Part shown: in pieces, positions 18,145 through 28,762 of the stretch
How positions within the stretch are numbered: the first letter of the stretch is position 1
Layout: each line of letters opens with the position of its first letter
Source: a virus
Strand: one strand, 5' to 3'
Length of the DNA: 64,000 nt
IMG/VR virus record: IMGVR_UViG_3300044979_000004
Coordinates: 25,200-89,199 of that record
Made by a program: the position numbers and the translations under genes
Notes under the pieces: generated by a model
Told to the model about the DNA's origin: nothing
Seen by the model: only the letters and a program-made list of their open reading frames with translations
Database searches by the model: none

Positions 18145-20889
18145 GTGCCCAATAATTTAGGCCTAGCAGGGTCGAGCGCCCAGAAACAAACCAGATTTGC
18201 TCCCATCTTTACGAGCCGATTCTTTTCCGGACTTTGGACAAACCGCTCTCCTTTGCGCGATGCCACTACGTCTCGCATTGTTGAGAAATTTTATGGTCAA
18301 GCCGGGGATGCCTTGATCGCCGGAACGAATGTAGAGATTACAACGAAGCTTACTTTGGCCCGTAGACCCGGACTATCACTATATGACAGCTTCGACACCT
18401 TTACTGGAACAGACAGGTTCTACGAGTTTAAGCTGTTCAACACAACTACTGAACAGATCAATGTCATGATCGACACCGCCAATACCTTGTACTCACTCTT
18501 CGCCAGCGTGCGCAAGACTGTTTTCACAAAGAGCACAGGTGCCGGACAATCGTTCATGCAGTCAGTGGGAAATATCCTGTACTTTGGGGATGGGGTTGAT
18601 AACAAGAAGTGGCTACAAACTCTATTCGCTTGGACTGCAAACACCCCATTGGGGACAGGAACCACACCGTTTTTCACTACCTATTATACTGATTTTGTTG
18701 GCAACATACAGCAGCTTGTTGGCACCAATGTGCCAATTACCGGAACCGTTCTTACAGCGCCAAGCCCCGGCGTTGGTCCTGTACTAACTATCAACTCTAG
18801 CGTAGCTCTAAATTCTATCGTTGCTGTTGGAGATGAGATTACGTTTCCAAATGTCATGGTTGCAACGTGGCTGGAAAATCAAACATCAACGATTCTGAGT
18901 ATTACCGGCACATCAATGGTTGTGACGTATCCGCTGCAATGGCTTCAAGCAGCAGGAACTACCGCAGAGACAGTTAGTGGTATTGTGTATAATGGAGGCA
19001 CACCTACAACCGGCTCAGTCGAACCTAGTAACACAGGCGGATTAAACCAAACTGCCAGCGTAGTTACGCCTGGAGCCAGCGGCTATACATATGTCACTGC
19101 AACCATCGGAACATTGACAATTGATGGCTCAGCAGTGTGGGCAAATAGAGGCAATCCGGTAGAGAATTGGGGACTGTCTAATATCAATAATGCCCCGATG
19201 GTGCCGTTGCCCACAGCAACAACACATATTGGGCGAGGCGGGCAGATTCCTTTCTATGTAGCGGACAGCACCGTTTATTCAGTTGGGGAATTTGTAATTG
19301 ATACTAACAACAATATTCAGAAATGCACAACGGCTGGAACTACTGGCCTAGCAGGACCAACCTTTAATACAGTGTTGGGACAAACCACAGCGGATGGCTC
19401 AGTAGTATGGACGTTAGAATACACTGGAGCAACGAGCGCAACTAACGGTGGCTGGAGATACTGCGTAGCTCTGGTCAACACTTTAGACAACACCGTGTCC
19501 AATTGCTCACCCTTGTCTTTGACTGTTGGTAATTTCACTGGAGCACAAGGAGTATTCATTCCACCGGGCGCAGGATTGCCAGCAAACTCCTCAGGTGCAG
19601 TAAGTATAGACACTCAAGCGGATTACGTAGCAATTTTCAGGACCACAGATGGGCAATCGGTTCCATTTTTGATTCCATCTACAAGTGGAGTCTTGAGCGC
19701 TACATTACCACTTGCTGAATACTTACAACTCGGATTTATTGACACCGTGCCAGATTCACAGTTGAATAACCTTGTGTCCGGTGCTATTGCAGGAGAGAAC
19801 ACCCCTCCTGCACCAGGAGCAATCAACCTTGCCTACCATTTGGGATGTATTTGGTACAGTATTGGAAATGTGGTATACTACACTTCTGGACCAGCGACAC
19901 CAGTAGGCAACGGACTGAACGGCACTAATCCGTTAAATACAGATAGTATGCCTTCTCTAGTCAAGCGCCTTGTACCTACGGCAACTGGCATGTTGGTGTT
20001 TACTGTATCGGATGTTTATCTGATTCAAGGAAGCAACACCGCCAATAGCCCAATTCTACCAGCACTGCCAATTCTTCCCGGTATTGGACTTCTTAGTTAC
20101 AATGCTTTGGACCTGAACGGGTCACTGATTGGTCTGTTTACTACAGACAACCAATTCTTGATTCTAGACCCTTCGAACGGAACTACATACGCAGGTCTGC
20201 CAATTGGGGATCAGTTGCTCATGAACAATGGCAACCCAGGCCAGAGTTGGAATCCGGCTACTGCCTATGTTGCATGGCACGTACAAGGTATGGATCAGGG
20301 CTGGTATCTTTGTGATGGTGTAAATGGATGGTATAAACTAATTCCGACGCCTTCACCAGAAGGACCGGGTTATACATGGTCACCTTTTGCCACGATCACA
20401 GGCGGAGCGGGAGCAGTTCAAAGCGTTGAAATTACACCGGGCGTACACAGGCTACTTGTTGCTCCCGTTGGAACTGGCTACATTCTACAGAGAAATCTAA
20501 ATGTGTGGACGGATAATGGAACACCGTATCCTGCGAACGCAACAGTCGGCTCAGCCGTACTGACGCAGCCCGGACAGGTTGCAACGGTTGCTCACATCGT
20601 AACAGATTGTGTGAAGATCGGTTCTCCGCTTTCTCTTGGAGTCTTGGTGGACGAAGCGCTGCCTTATTATACCGGGCCTATTGACATCTTGAAACGTTGG
20701 GTGTCTGATCCACCAGGATTGAAAGAAAGTAGATCATTCTGGAGTCAACGATTCTATCTCTCGGAATTAGAAGATGAATCTGCCACAATGCGGCACATGC
20801 AAATTGTGATAATTTTCGACCCTAGCGACACGGTGGCCAACGAAATTCAGACATTGACCATATTTGGAGCCTTTTTGCAGGAGCAATAG
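18145..20889 (+). CDS. tail nozzle / DNA stabilisation protein (P22 gp10-like position)
   Basis: 914 aa beta-rich protein with N-terminal L.RRPG; precedes the ejection genes. Confidence 0.6.
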   Translation: MPNNLGLAGSSAQKQTRFAPIFTSRFFSGLWTNRSPLRDATTSRIVEKFYGQAGDALIAGTNVEITTKLTLARRPGLSLYDSFDTFTGTDRFYEFKLFNTTTEQINVMIDTANTLYSLFASVRKTVFTKSTGAGQSFMQSVGNILYFGDGVDNKKWLQTLFAWTANTPLGTGTTPFFTTYYTDFVGNIQQLVGTNVPITGTVLTAPSPGVGPVLTINSSVALNSIVAVGDEITFPNVMVATWLENQTSTILSITGTSMVVTYPLQWLQAAGTTAETVSGIVYNGGTPTTGSVEPSNTGGLNQTASVVTPGASGYTYVTATIGTLTIDGSAVWANRGNPVENWGLSNINNAPMVPLPTATTHIGRGGQIPFYVADSTVYSVGEFVIDTNNNIQKCTTAGTTGLAGPTFNTVLGQTTADGSVVWTLEYTGATSATNGGWRYCVALVNTLDNTVSNCSPLSLTVGNFTGAQGVFIPPGAGLPANSSGAVSIDTQADYVAIFRTTDGQSVPFLIPSTSGVLSATLPLAEYLQLGFIDTVPDSQLNNLVSGAIAGENTPPAPGAINLAYHLGCIWYSIGNVVYYTSGPATPVGNGLNGTNPLNTDSMPSLVKRLVPTATGMLVFTVSDVYLIQGSNTANSPILPALPILPGIGLLSYNALDLNGSLIGLFTTDNQFLILDPSNGTTYAGLPIGDQLLMNNGNPGQSWNPATAYVAWHVQGMDQGWYLCDGVNGWYKLIPTPSPEGPGYTWSPFATITGGAGAVQSVEITPGVHRLLVAPVGTGYILQRNLNVWTDNGTPYPANATVGSAVLTQPGQVATVAHIVTDCVKIGSPLSLGVLVDEALPYYTGPIDILKRWVSDPPGLKESRSFWSQRFYLSELEDESATMRHMQIVIIFDPSDTVANEIQTLTIFGAFLQEQ

Positions 20890-20961
20890 AATCAACAACT
20901 TACAAGGAAACGATGAACAAGGGAAATAGAACAAATCATCCGATCCACAGGGAGATTTAAA

Positions 20962-21198
20962 ATGCCAGCATTAAGTGATGCAATCGGGCAGGATTTGAGT
21001 AACTATGTTGGTGTAGAGCCAATAAGTGCCCAATCTAATCCCACAACAGCCAATGGGGGCACCGTAAGTCTATTGCCGGTAGGCACTGGATTTATTAGAT
21101 GCCCTCTACCAATCCTGTCCCAAGCATCGGATCAGCTTAGATCATTTTATCTAGGCAACCGTGCAACACAGAATAGAATCTACGTAGCCCAGAGCTAA
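20962..21198 (+). CDS. hypothetical virion protein
   Basis: GGGAG RBS, within the operon. Confidence 0.5.
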   Translation: MPALSDAIGQDLSNYVGVEPISAQSNPTTANGGTVSLLPVGTGFIRCPLPILSQASDQLRSFYLGNRATQNRIYVAQS

Positions 21199-21205
21199 GG
21201 AATAA

Positions 21206-21649
21206 ATGATCACGAGTCGATACATAACTGCGGAAGACTACCCGTTATTGGAAACAAGTTTAGCTGCTGATCCCTACCATAAAGGAACGTCAATAGATTT
21301 CTTCAAAGAGCAGAACACCGTTACAAGTGTGTATTCATTTGATGATGAGTTGATCTTGTTCACGAGAGGAAAAGTAGTATCAACCAGTGGACCGGCGTTC
21401 ATACAACTTGACATTCAATTTATCAACAACGAAAGTCGGGCTAAAAACCTGATAGTCATGTTGACAGGATTTTATGAATTGGAGAAGAAATCCAGACAAG
21501 AAGGATTTGCCGGATTCATATTCCACAGCGATGTACCTTTACTCCGGAAGTTTTGCATTCGCAGGCTAGGATTCAGCGAATGGGGAGACTTCTTGGTGAA
21601 AGTTTTTGAACAAGCGCCCCTTGACACGGGCCTAGGAGTTGAGGTATAA
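21206..21649 (+). CDS. hypothetical protein, possibly a degenerate acetyltransferase fold (P22 gp14-like position)
   Basis: Sits between nozzle and ejection genes; C-terminal F..RLGF. Confidence 0.4.
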   Translation: MITSRYITAEDYPLLETSLAADPYHKGTSIDFFKEQNTVTSVYSFDDELILFTRGKVVSTSGPAFIQLDIQFINNESRAKNLIVMLTGFYELEKKSRQEGFAGFIFHSDVPLLRKFCIRRLGFSEWGDFLVKVFEQAPLDTGLGVEV

Positions 21650-21650
21650 T
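21621..21650 (+). promoter_or_regulatory. sigma70-type promoter in front of the ejection-protein genes
   Basis: TTGACA-18-TATAAT. Confidence 0.55.
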
Positions 21651-22443
21651 GGCTTATACACATACACGGACCATCTTCGAATGGGACGAGAAGCGTATTA
21701 AATACGTCAAGGTTTATGATGAAGGCTACGAATGGGACGGACCAGTAGATCAAGCGTGCGGCTCGACTCCGCAACAGAACCAGATTGAAGGTGCGCAGCA
21801 AAACTTTATGACCCAAGCGCAGTCTCAGGCGTCAACGGTATTTGGGGGAGCATCACAGGCGTTTAACAGTCTGATGAGCGCGTTTGCACCAATCGTCGCA
21901 GCCGGTCCAAGTCAACAAGGCTTCTCACAGCAACAGCTTTCGAATCTCAATTCCCAGGCTATCACACAGACGGGCATTTCTTACAAGAACGCTAAAGAAG
22001 CAGTCGGAGAGGCACAATCATCCGTTGGTGGCGGCAACGTATCTCTACCAAGTGGAACCCAAACTGGAGAGGATTTGGGACTGGCCGAAAGTGCCGCTAA
22101 CCAAACTTCCAGCGAACTTGGGCAGATTACACAAGCCAATTATGAAAAAGGTAATGCAAATTATAATGCCGCCGTATCTGGAGAGCTAGCAGCGCCGGGT
22201 GTTTTTTCGGCTTCAACCGGAGCAACCGGGGCGGCTACAAGCGCAGGATCAGCAGCCGCAAGCACGGCCAATCAAATCGCGTCGCAGAATAATTCATGGG
22301 TAGGAGCCGTTACCGGCCTAGCCGGGGCGTTGGGCGGTGCAGCATTAGGTGACCCGGCTCTGTTTGCAGGAAGTAGCAGTTCACAGGGCGCACAAGATGC
22401 CCAACAGGTATCGAACTATCAATCAGATGGAAATGGATTCTAG
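21649..22443 (+). CDS. DNA ejection (internal virion) protein 1
   Basis: Ala/Gln/Ser/Gly-rich with a C-terminal glycine zipper; podovirus synteny. Confidence 0.6.
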   Translation: MAYTHTRTIFEWDEKRIKYVKVYDEGYEWDGPVDQACGSTPQQNQIEGAQQNFMTQAQSQASTVFGGASQAFNSLMSAFAPIVAAGPSQQGFSQQQLSNLNSQAITQTGISYKNAKEAVGEAQSSVGGGNVSLPSGTQTGEDLGLAESAANQTSSELGQITQANYEKGNANYNAAVSGELAAPGVFSASTGATGAATSAGSAAASTANQIASQNNSWVGAVTGLAGALGGAALGDPALFAGSSSSQGAQDAQQVSNYQSDGNGF

Positions 22444-22452
22444 GAGCGTTAA

Positions 22453-25344
22453 ATGGATAACACATCACAGCCACAAGATCAGAGCACAAGTAGTAGCTCC
22501 TACGCAGGCCACATTTCTCTTCCGGATGACGGTCAGGTTTTAAGCACCGATCAGCCTGCTTCCGGGTCCGAGACTCTTACGCCTCCTACTCCTCCCACAC
22601 AGGGACAACCTGCTGGCGCTCCTACACAAGGACAACCTGCGCCCGGACAGCAGCCTCAACAAAGCGCTACAGGTGCCCAAGGACAGCCTGCGGGAAAAGG
22701 GCCTGATCTAAGTAAGCCCCAAGGCCAACAGACTCCTGGCGGTGCTCCACAGGCTCCTCCTGTTCCCCCTGCGGTGCAGAAGGCGTCTATATTCCACCAA
22801 GTCGCGGAAGCTCTTGCTGGCGGTCCCCGTTACAAATACGATGTTGATGCCAACGGTAACATGCAGAAGACCCCCGTTCCGGTCAGCAACGCGCATATTG
22901 GCATGGCAATCGCTCTTGAAGCTCTTCAGGGAACCTTGACTGGACTCAGCACACACGGCCCCCAAGCAGCCGCTCGCGGCGGACTAGAGGCTTTAGAACA
23001 GGGAAAGCAGCAAGTCCAACAGCGTGATCAGCAACAGCAGAAGATGGCAAGTGATGATTATGCTCGTAAAACTCAAATTGCTGAGACTAACATGCGTATG
23101 TACTCCATGGCACGTCAAGTCGGAAAAATGAATGAAGAGTCCACCGATGCTTATATCGGCCAGTATCACGACCTAGCAACAAAACTTCAGAGTGAGTTTC
23201 CTGGTCAAGTTAAAGGGCCTATCAAGTATAGCGATTTCGGAAAGTACAATGTGACCCAAGACAATGCTATTCCGTTCTCCAAGGTTCCTAGATTGGATGC
23301 AAATGGACAACAGGCATTGGATGCGCGTGGCGTTCCTCAATGGGATATTAACTATCTCATTGTTGATCCCAAGCTAAAGGCTAGTGGTCTGTTCGACAAA
23401 GATACGATTTCGACATTGAAGGAAATGGGCAAGCTTCCTGGCGACAGTGGAGACATGCTAACCAACACCCCTATGTCCCTGATGATGGCTCTTGGCTTAA
23501 AGTCTCAGGCCGCGCAATGGCAAGTTTCTAAGCAGACGTTCGGACACTTCTTTAATGATGTTGATGGAGCGGCAGCGAAGCCAGAAGCACCATCGACTTA
23601 CAAGCCAACTACATCACCAACGTTGCCAGCTAATATTCAGCCTCTTGCGGACACAGCAGCCAGCAAGTATGGCGTTCCTCCTGAATATATCAGAGGCTTG
23701 ATTTCTCAAGAGAGCGCAGGAAACCCCAACGCTGTAAGTCCTACTGGAGCTAAAGGTCTAATGCAGTTGACCAGTGGAACTGCAAAGGCCATGGGAGTAC
23801 AAGACCCTATGAATCCACAGCAAAATGTGGACGGAGGGACAAAGTATTTCTCACAACTCCTACATCAATACAACGATCCTAAACTGGCGTTCGCAGCTTA
23901 TTACTCTGGACCCGGCGCTATCGACAAGAACGGGAAGATTGTGGACACAGATCAACACACAGCAGCAGACACGCAAAAGTATGTTGATGGCGTTACGGCG
24001 AAGGTTGGATTACAATCTCAGCCCACAGCGGTTCCTCAAGCTAACCCAGATGCTAAACCGGGAACAGTAGAAGGACAAACAAATCCGTCTACACGTTTGA
24101 GTCAAGCTCAATGGTCCGCTAAGTTTCCTCAGAGTCCCTCCGATTTTGCCGCTTTCAATGGCGTACTTTCTCAGACGGAAGATAACTACGGACAAGCAAT
24201 TGCCCACATGAACGCAACTGGACAACAGAGTGCAGCCGCAAACGTAAGCGCATTCCTGGGTGGTCCTGATGCGATTGCACTTCATGATCGCAATAGAGCA
24301 GAGCAAATTCAACAGCACACGCTGGATGCACAAGCTGCCAAGACTGAAAAGTTGGCGGCAGACAAATCGGCCCTTGACATCCAAGCGCAGCAGAAGAAGC
24401 AAGCTGTTCTCGGAACTTTGGAATCGGCTCAGATTCCTGCCGACGCTTTGAAACAAGACCCGAAGGCTGTCATTCAGAATCTAAACGCACAGGGAGTCAC
24501 CTTGCCTCCCGAAGCGATTAGAGATGCTATGGCTATTGCTAAATACGAAGCTCCAATTAACATTGCTTCAAATAAGCTATGGTTCAAGGACGCATCGTTG
24601 AATCAGCAAGATTTGCTTGATGTGGTCAGGCAGTTCAACCCAACGTACGATGTCGGTAATTATGCCCCATTGCACGCATTTACTGCTCCTAATAGTCCGG
24701 CGTCCAAGACGTTCTCGGCTGCTGCCGGTATCGCCAATCACTTGAACCAGCTAGAACAAGCTGCTCAAGAGATTTCTAACAAGGGCAATGGCGCGGGACA
24801 ATATCCGGCCTTGAACGCTTTGAAGAATTACTACAACTATCAGAGTGGCCAAGCTGATTACGCAACTCTGCAAGCATTGACCAATGCAGTCAACGGTGAA
24901 ATTCCAAAGGTTCTGTCGGGTGGTTTTGCTCCTGATAAAGCTCAAGTCGATGCCGTCATGAAGAACATGACAGCAGATAATTCTCTACAACAGATTACAA
25001 AGCTAGTGGATATGTATACAGGTGTCATGCACGGCAAAGTTCAACCGTTTGATGAACAATATAATCAAATATCTGGATCAGCCGATAAGCATTTGCAGAA
25101 CATTCCTAAATCTTTGGATGCTTTATTTCAGAAACACGGCTACGACACGCCATGGGCACAGCAGAATCAGCAACTAAATAACGGACAACAGACGAGACAG
25201 CAACAGCCACAACCACAACAGGCTAATACTGTACCCGCTGGAGCTTTTGCGGTTCGCAATACTCAAGGTCAAATTGCTGGCTACAAAGATGCTCAAGGTA
25301 AGATCACACTATTTAATCAGACTCAGCAGCAACCAACACAATAA
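22453..25344 (+). CDS. DNA ejection protein 2 with a lytic transglycosylase (SLT) domain
   Basis: QESAGNPNAVSPTGAKGLMQL...NVDGGTKYF...AAYYSG. Confidence 0.85.
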   Translation: MDNTSQPQDQSTSSSSYAGHISLPDDGQVLSTDQPASGSETLTPPTPPTQGQPAGAPTQGQPAPGQQPQQSATGAQGQPAGKGPDLSKPQGQQTPGGAPQAPPVPPAVQKASIFHQVAEALAGGPRYKYDVDANGNMQKTPVPVSNAHIGMAIALEALQGTLTGLSTHGPQAAARGGLEALEQGKQQVQQRDQQQQKMASDDYARKTQIAETNMRMYSMARQVGKMNEESTDAYIGQYHDLATKLQSEFPGQVKGPIKYSDFGKYNVTQDNAIPFSKVPRLDANGQQALDARGVPQWDINYLIVDPKLKASGLFDKDTISTLKEMGKLPGDSGDMLTNTPMSLMMALGLKSQAAQWQVSKQTFGHFFNDVDGAAAKPEAPSTYKPTTSPTLPANIQPLADTAASKYGVPPEYIRGLISQESAGNPNAVSPTGAKGLMQLTSGTAKAMGVQDPMNPQQNVDGGTKYFSQLLHQYNDPKLAFAAYYSGPGAIDKNGKIVDTDQHTAADTQKYVDGVTAKVGLQSQPTAVPQANPDAKPGTVEGQTNPSTRLSQAQWSAKFPQSPSDFAAFNGVLSQTEDNYGQAIAHMNATGQQSAAANVSAFLGGPDAIALHDRNRAEQIQQHTLDAQAAKTEKLAADKSALDIQAQQKKQAVLGTLESAQIPADALKQDPKAVIQNLNAQGVTLPPEAIRDAMAIAKYEAPINIASNKLWFKDASLNQQDLLDVVRQFNPTYDVGNYAPLHAFTAPNSPASKTFSAAAGIANHLNQLEQAAQEISNKGNGAGQYPALNALKNYYNYQSGQADYATLQALTNAVNGEIPKVLSGGFAPDKAQVDAVMKNMTADNSLQQITKLVDMYTGVMHGKVQPFDEQYNQISGSADKHLQNIPKSLDALFQKHGYDTPWAQQNQQLNNGQQTRQQQPQPQQANTVPAGAFAVRNTQGQIAGYKDAQGKITLFNQTQQQPTQ

Positions 25345-25353
25345 GGTGGACTA

Positions 25354-28020
25354 ATGGATCAGCAACAAGTACAAACCGGAACACCACAGGCAGGAGGTTC
25401 AACGCAGCTTCCTGCCGGATTTACTGTAGACTCGACACCATATCAGCCTCAACCTTCAGCCGGACAACCGGCTTCAGGACTACCGGCTGGATATACAGTA
25501 GATTCTACCCCGCAACCGGCTCCTCATCAGACAGCCATACAGAAAGTTACATCGGGACTGGAAGGTGACAAAGGATCGGATTGGGAAAGTCCTGTCCTGG
25601 GGCAAGGTATTTCTGGTGCCATTAAATCGGGTGCGGGAGGTTTGGGTAATATTCTTGACATGCTTAATCACCCAAGCCGTACAGCTATTTCGGTTGGTAA
25701 CGAAAAGCCTGAAGATGAAGTCATGGTAAGAAACGCAGCCAACTCTTACCGAAAGGCGCACCCCGACGCAACCCATGAGCAGGTACAGGCATTTATTCAG
25801 CAGTACGTTCAAGCTCCTGTATCGAGTCACATCCAAGATGCGGCTAACTGGCTACGTTCTGGTGGAGAGCCTACAGGCTTTTGGCAGAAGGTTGGCGCTG
25901 TTGGAGAACAGGCCCTAGAGTGGATCGGAACAGACGGAATATCTAAGATGGCATCGGCTCCTGCTAAAGCAGCCGAAGTCGGAAAAGCGGTTGAAGCTGT
26001 TGACACGGTTGGGCACGCTAAGCAGACATCAATGATCGCTCAAGTGTTGAAGTCAAATCCAAAGCTAGCCGGTTTGGTGGCGATGGGATTGAAAGCTGGA
26101 AAAGATGCTCTGACAATGGGAACTGGGAATGCTGTACAAACCCTGGTCCACACTGAAGACCCAAATCAGGCAGCTAGCGCTGGAATTACTGGCGGATTGA
26201 CTGCCGGAGTGTTGAGTGGAGTTGGAAGTGGAATTTCAGCACTTGCATCCAAAGGCGGCTCAGCGGCCAGTGATATTGCGGAACTAGGGCAAACTGCCGC
26301 TAACGCTCCTACCGGAGCGGAAGTCAACAATCAATTGGCGGACAGCGTAAATCAAACTGTTGCACCTGAGTTACAATCAGCACAATATGCCTTGACTGAG
26401 GCTGAAGGCGGTCTAGCCAATGCTGCTCAGTCCCCTCGTGATCTTGGAGTAGGCGCACCTGAAAGTGCGGCCATTACTGCTCAAGCTCAGAAGGCCGCAA
26501 AGGATGCTTACGAACAGCTTGGTACTAATTACGAGAAAGCTTCTAATGCAATTAAGACCAAATTAGCAGGGGTAAACAGAGACTTCAACGGCAGCGCATT
26601 ACAGAAGGCAGCGCAAGACATCATGGGTACAGCAGAGGCAACAAAAGACCCAATTGGTGAGACTCTAAGCATTGCCAACCCTGCCAGCGCCAAAGTAACG
26701 TCTCAGCTACAGAAGCTTGCTGATCCAGCAAGTGAGTTGGCAGTTGATGAAGACGGTAACTCACAGCAACTCACAGCCGATAAGTTGCTAGGTTACGCAA
26801 AGCAAATCAAAGAGAACCTGCGCGGAACTGGTTGGGCCACAGACGAGCAAAGGGCAGATAGAGATGTTTATCACAAACTTCTAGATGGCGTTCATGCTGA
26901 TCTGGAAGACCTTGCTAACAAGCACGTACAGGCGAACCCCACTGAGAACGCCCAAGCAGAACAAGGGGTACTTGGTGCTGTTCAGAAAATGAACTCTGAC
27001 TACAAAGCGGGTATCGCACGGTTCAAGAACACCGATGTTCAAGCCTTGTTGAAAGGCGGGGACAATGATGTAGCTGGAAGATTGATGCGAGGCGGTACAA
27101 GTGTAAGTGACATTAACACTGTACGAGATGCAATCGGAAAGCAGGCGTTTGGAAAGCTAGCAGATAGCTCACTACAACGAATGGCAGCGGACGCAGTTGA
27201 CGCAACTACGGGAGACTTCAGTTTCAAGAAATTCTTGAGTAATTGGAATCGTATTCCTCCCGCAACACGCTCTGCTATGTTCCAAGATTCCACAAAAAGC
27301 GGAGCCTTAGAGCAAGCACTTTATCAGACACAGGCTATTAACAAATCTGGTGTGATTCCTGAAATGACACAGAAGTTGAAAGATGTGAACACTACTGTAT
27401 CACAGTTGCTAGGTAATGGGGATGTTAGTACATTATTGAAAGACCCAGAACGTGTAACTAATCTTTCTCAGACTCTTGGGCCAGATGGAATGCAAAGCCT
27501 CGGAACCTCTATTCTTCAGAACCAACTTCGTGAAGCAAGCACCGATGTAGCCGGAAAGGTAAAAACTCCTGATACAGGTAAGGTTCTAGACTTCATCAAG
27601 TCGTTGAAGGATTCTCCGGAAGTTGTGGATGCATTATTTAAGCCAACACCGCAGGCTGAGCAAGCGTACACTAAACTGATTGGACAGCTACAAAACGTAC
27701 AATCAGTCAAGAACGCTATCAAGGCCGGAATCATTGCTCCTACCATTGCTGGAGCCATCGGGTCTGGTCCTATTGGGCACATCATCGGCGGAATTCTTAC
27801 AGCCGGGGAATTGGGCACAGCAACAGGCAGGGCAGTTCTTGAACATATCGCCAATAGTCCGAACAATTGGGCGACTCTCAGAGCCATCGACAACACTGTG
27901 AAAAGTCCCCTTGCCAAAACAGCCGGACGTGTGTTACAATACGGAGGTATGAAGGCGGCAAGTGGAAGCAGCCAGCAAGACGTACTTAACAGCACATCGG
28001 ATGTTTTGGGAGGAAGATGA
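25354..28020 (+). CDS. DNA ejection protein 3
   Basis: 888 aa Ala-rich helical protein with N-terminal LPAG(F/Y)TVD repeats; synteny. Confidence 0.6.
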   Translation: MDQQQVQTGTPQAGGSTQLPAGFTVDSTPYQPQPSAGQPASGLPAGYTVDSTPQPAPHQTAIQKVTSGLEGDKGSDWESPVLGQGISGAIKSGAGGLGNILDMLNHPSRTAISVGNEKPEDEVMVRNAANSYRKAHPDATHEQVQAFIQQYVQAPVSSHIQDAANWLRSGGEPTGFWQKVGAVGEQALEWIGTDGISKMASAPAKAAEVGKAVEAVDTVGHAKQTSMIAQVLKSNPKLAGLVAMGLKAGKDALTMGTGNAVQTLVHTEDPNQAASAGITGGLTAGVLSGVGSGISALASKGGSAASDIAELGQTAANAPTGAEVNNQLADSVNQTVAPELQSAQYALTEAEGGLANAAQSPRDLGVGAPESAAITAQAQKAAKDAYEQLGTNYEKASNAIKTKLAGVNRDFNGSALQKAAQDIMGTAEATKDPIGETLSIANPASAKVTSQLQKLADPASELAVDEDGNSQQLTADKLLGYAKQIKENLRGTGWATDEQRADRDVYHKLLDGVHADLEDLANKHVQANPTENAQAEQGVLGAVQKMNSDYKAGIARFKNTDVQALLKGGDNDVAGRLMRGGTSVSDINTVRDAIGKQAFGKLADSSLQRMAADAVDATTGDFSFKKFLSNWNRIPPATRSAMFQDSTKSGALEQALYQTQAINKSGVIPEMTQKLKDVNTTVSQLLGNGDVSTLLKDPERVTNLSQTLGPDGMQSLGTSILQNQLREASTDVAGKVKTPDTGKVLDFIKSLKDSPEVVDALFKPTPQAEQAYTKLIGQLQNVQSVKNAIKAGIIAPTIAGAIGSGPIGHIIGGILTAGELGTATGRAVLEHIANSPNNWATLRAIDNTVKSPLAKTAGRVLQYGGMKAASGSSQQDVLNSTSDVLGGR

Positions 28021-28355
28021 GCGTCTTTAAAACCGTAGTAATCACACTGTCGGTATCTACTCTGTTGGTGTGGAACCTTGCGCTAACGCTAGGATTCTCT
28101 GGTGTGGCCGGACGATTGGAAGTTGTATCACAGCAGAACACACAATTGATCGCGCACTCACAAGAGCAGGATAGCACTATTGCAACCCTGATCGATGTGC
28201 AAGTCGAAGATCATAAGCAGCTACATAGTGACACTGCCACCGAAGATGCAATCATCAAGAAGTTGAACGAAGTGATCGTTGCTATTAACGAAGACAGAAC
28301 GCCATCTACGCCGTCTCCTTCTAAAGAAGACAATAGTATTGCAAGGGGGCGCTAG
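28017..28355 (+). CDS. membrane-anchored coiled-coil protein
   Basis: N-terminal hydrophobic helix. Confidence 0.5.
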   Translation: MSVFKTVVITLSVSTLLVWNLALTLGFSGVAGRLEVVSQQNTQLIAHSQEQDSTIATLIDVQVEDHKQLHSDTATEDAIIKKLNEVIVAINEDRTPSTPSPSKEDNSIARGR

Positions 28356-28762
28356 TGCTTAGGCAAGACGAAGTACAGAAGAGTCAGCTAGTATTGGCAG
28401 GCTGGCAGCACGGACATAGGTACGGCGGGTATCTAGCCGCCTCTATGGTAATGTCGTGTATTGCTAATAGACAAAGACTTGGGTGGGGATCGTGGATGGA
28501 AGTAATCGACGCAATCCCCTCTCGATCTGCTACAATCGAACAGCCCAAAGGCACTCCCTCTATATGGGAACCTCACTTCGTCAAGTTGCTACATGAAGTA
28601 GAAGCTATATTTGATGGAAGTAAGGACTATGCTAAAGGCGCACTATACTGGTTTGATTCAGCAGAACCAGTTACTAATCCATGGTTTCAGGAAAAGATAT
28701 TAGGAGATGGTATCTCTCATCCTGTTGTAGGAAATATGAATTCTTTGATGTTCTTGAGGTAA
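28355..28762 (+). CDS. possible SleB/Hydrolase_2-like cell wall hydrolase
   Basis: V..CIANR, D..KGALYW and terminal GN..F pattern; divergent. Confidence 0.4.
   Translation: MLRQDEVQKSQLVLAGWQHGHRYGGYLAASMVMSCIANRQRLGWGSWMEVIDAIPSRSATIEQPKGTPSIWEPHFVKLLHEVEAIFDGSKDYAKGALYWFDSAEPVTNPWFQEKILGDGISHPVVGNMNSLMFLR

Noticed and set aside
14744-27995. Many antisense ORFs within structural genes
   Set aside because: They shadow long sense genes and lack RBSs or recognisable motifs.
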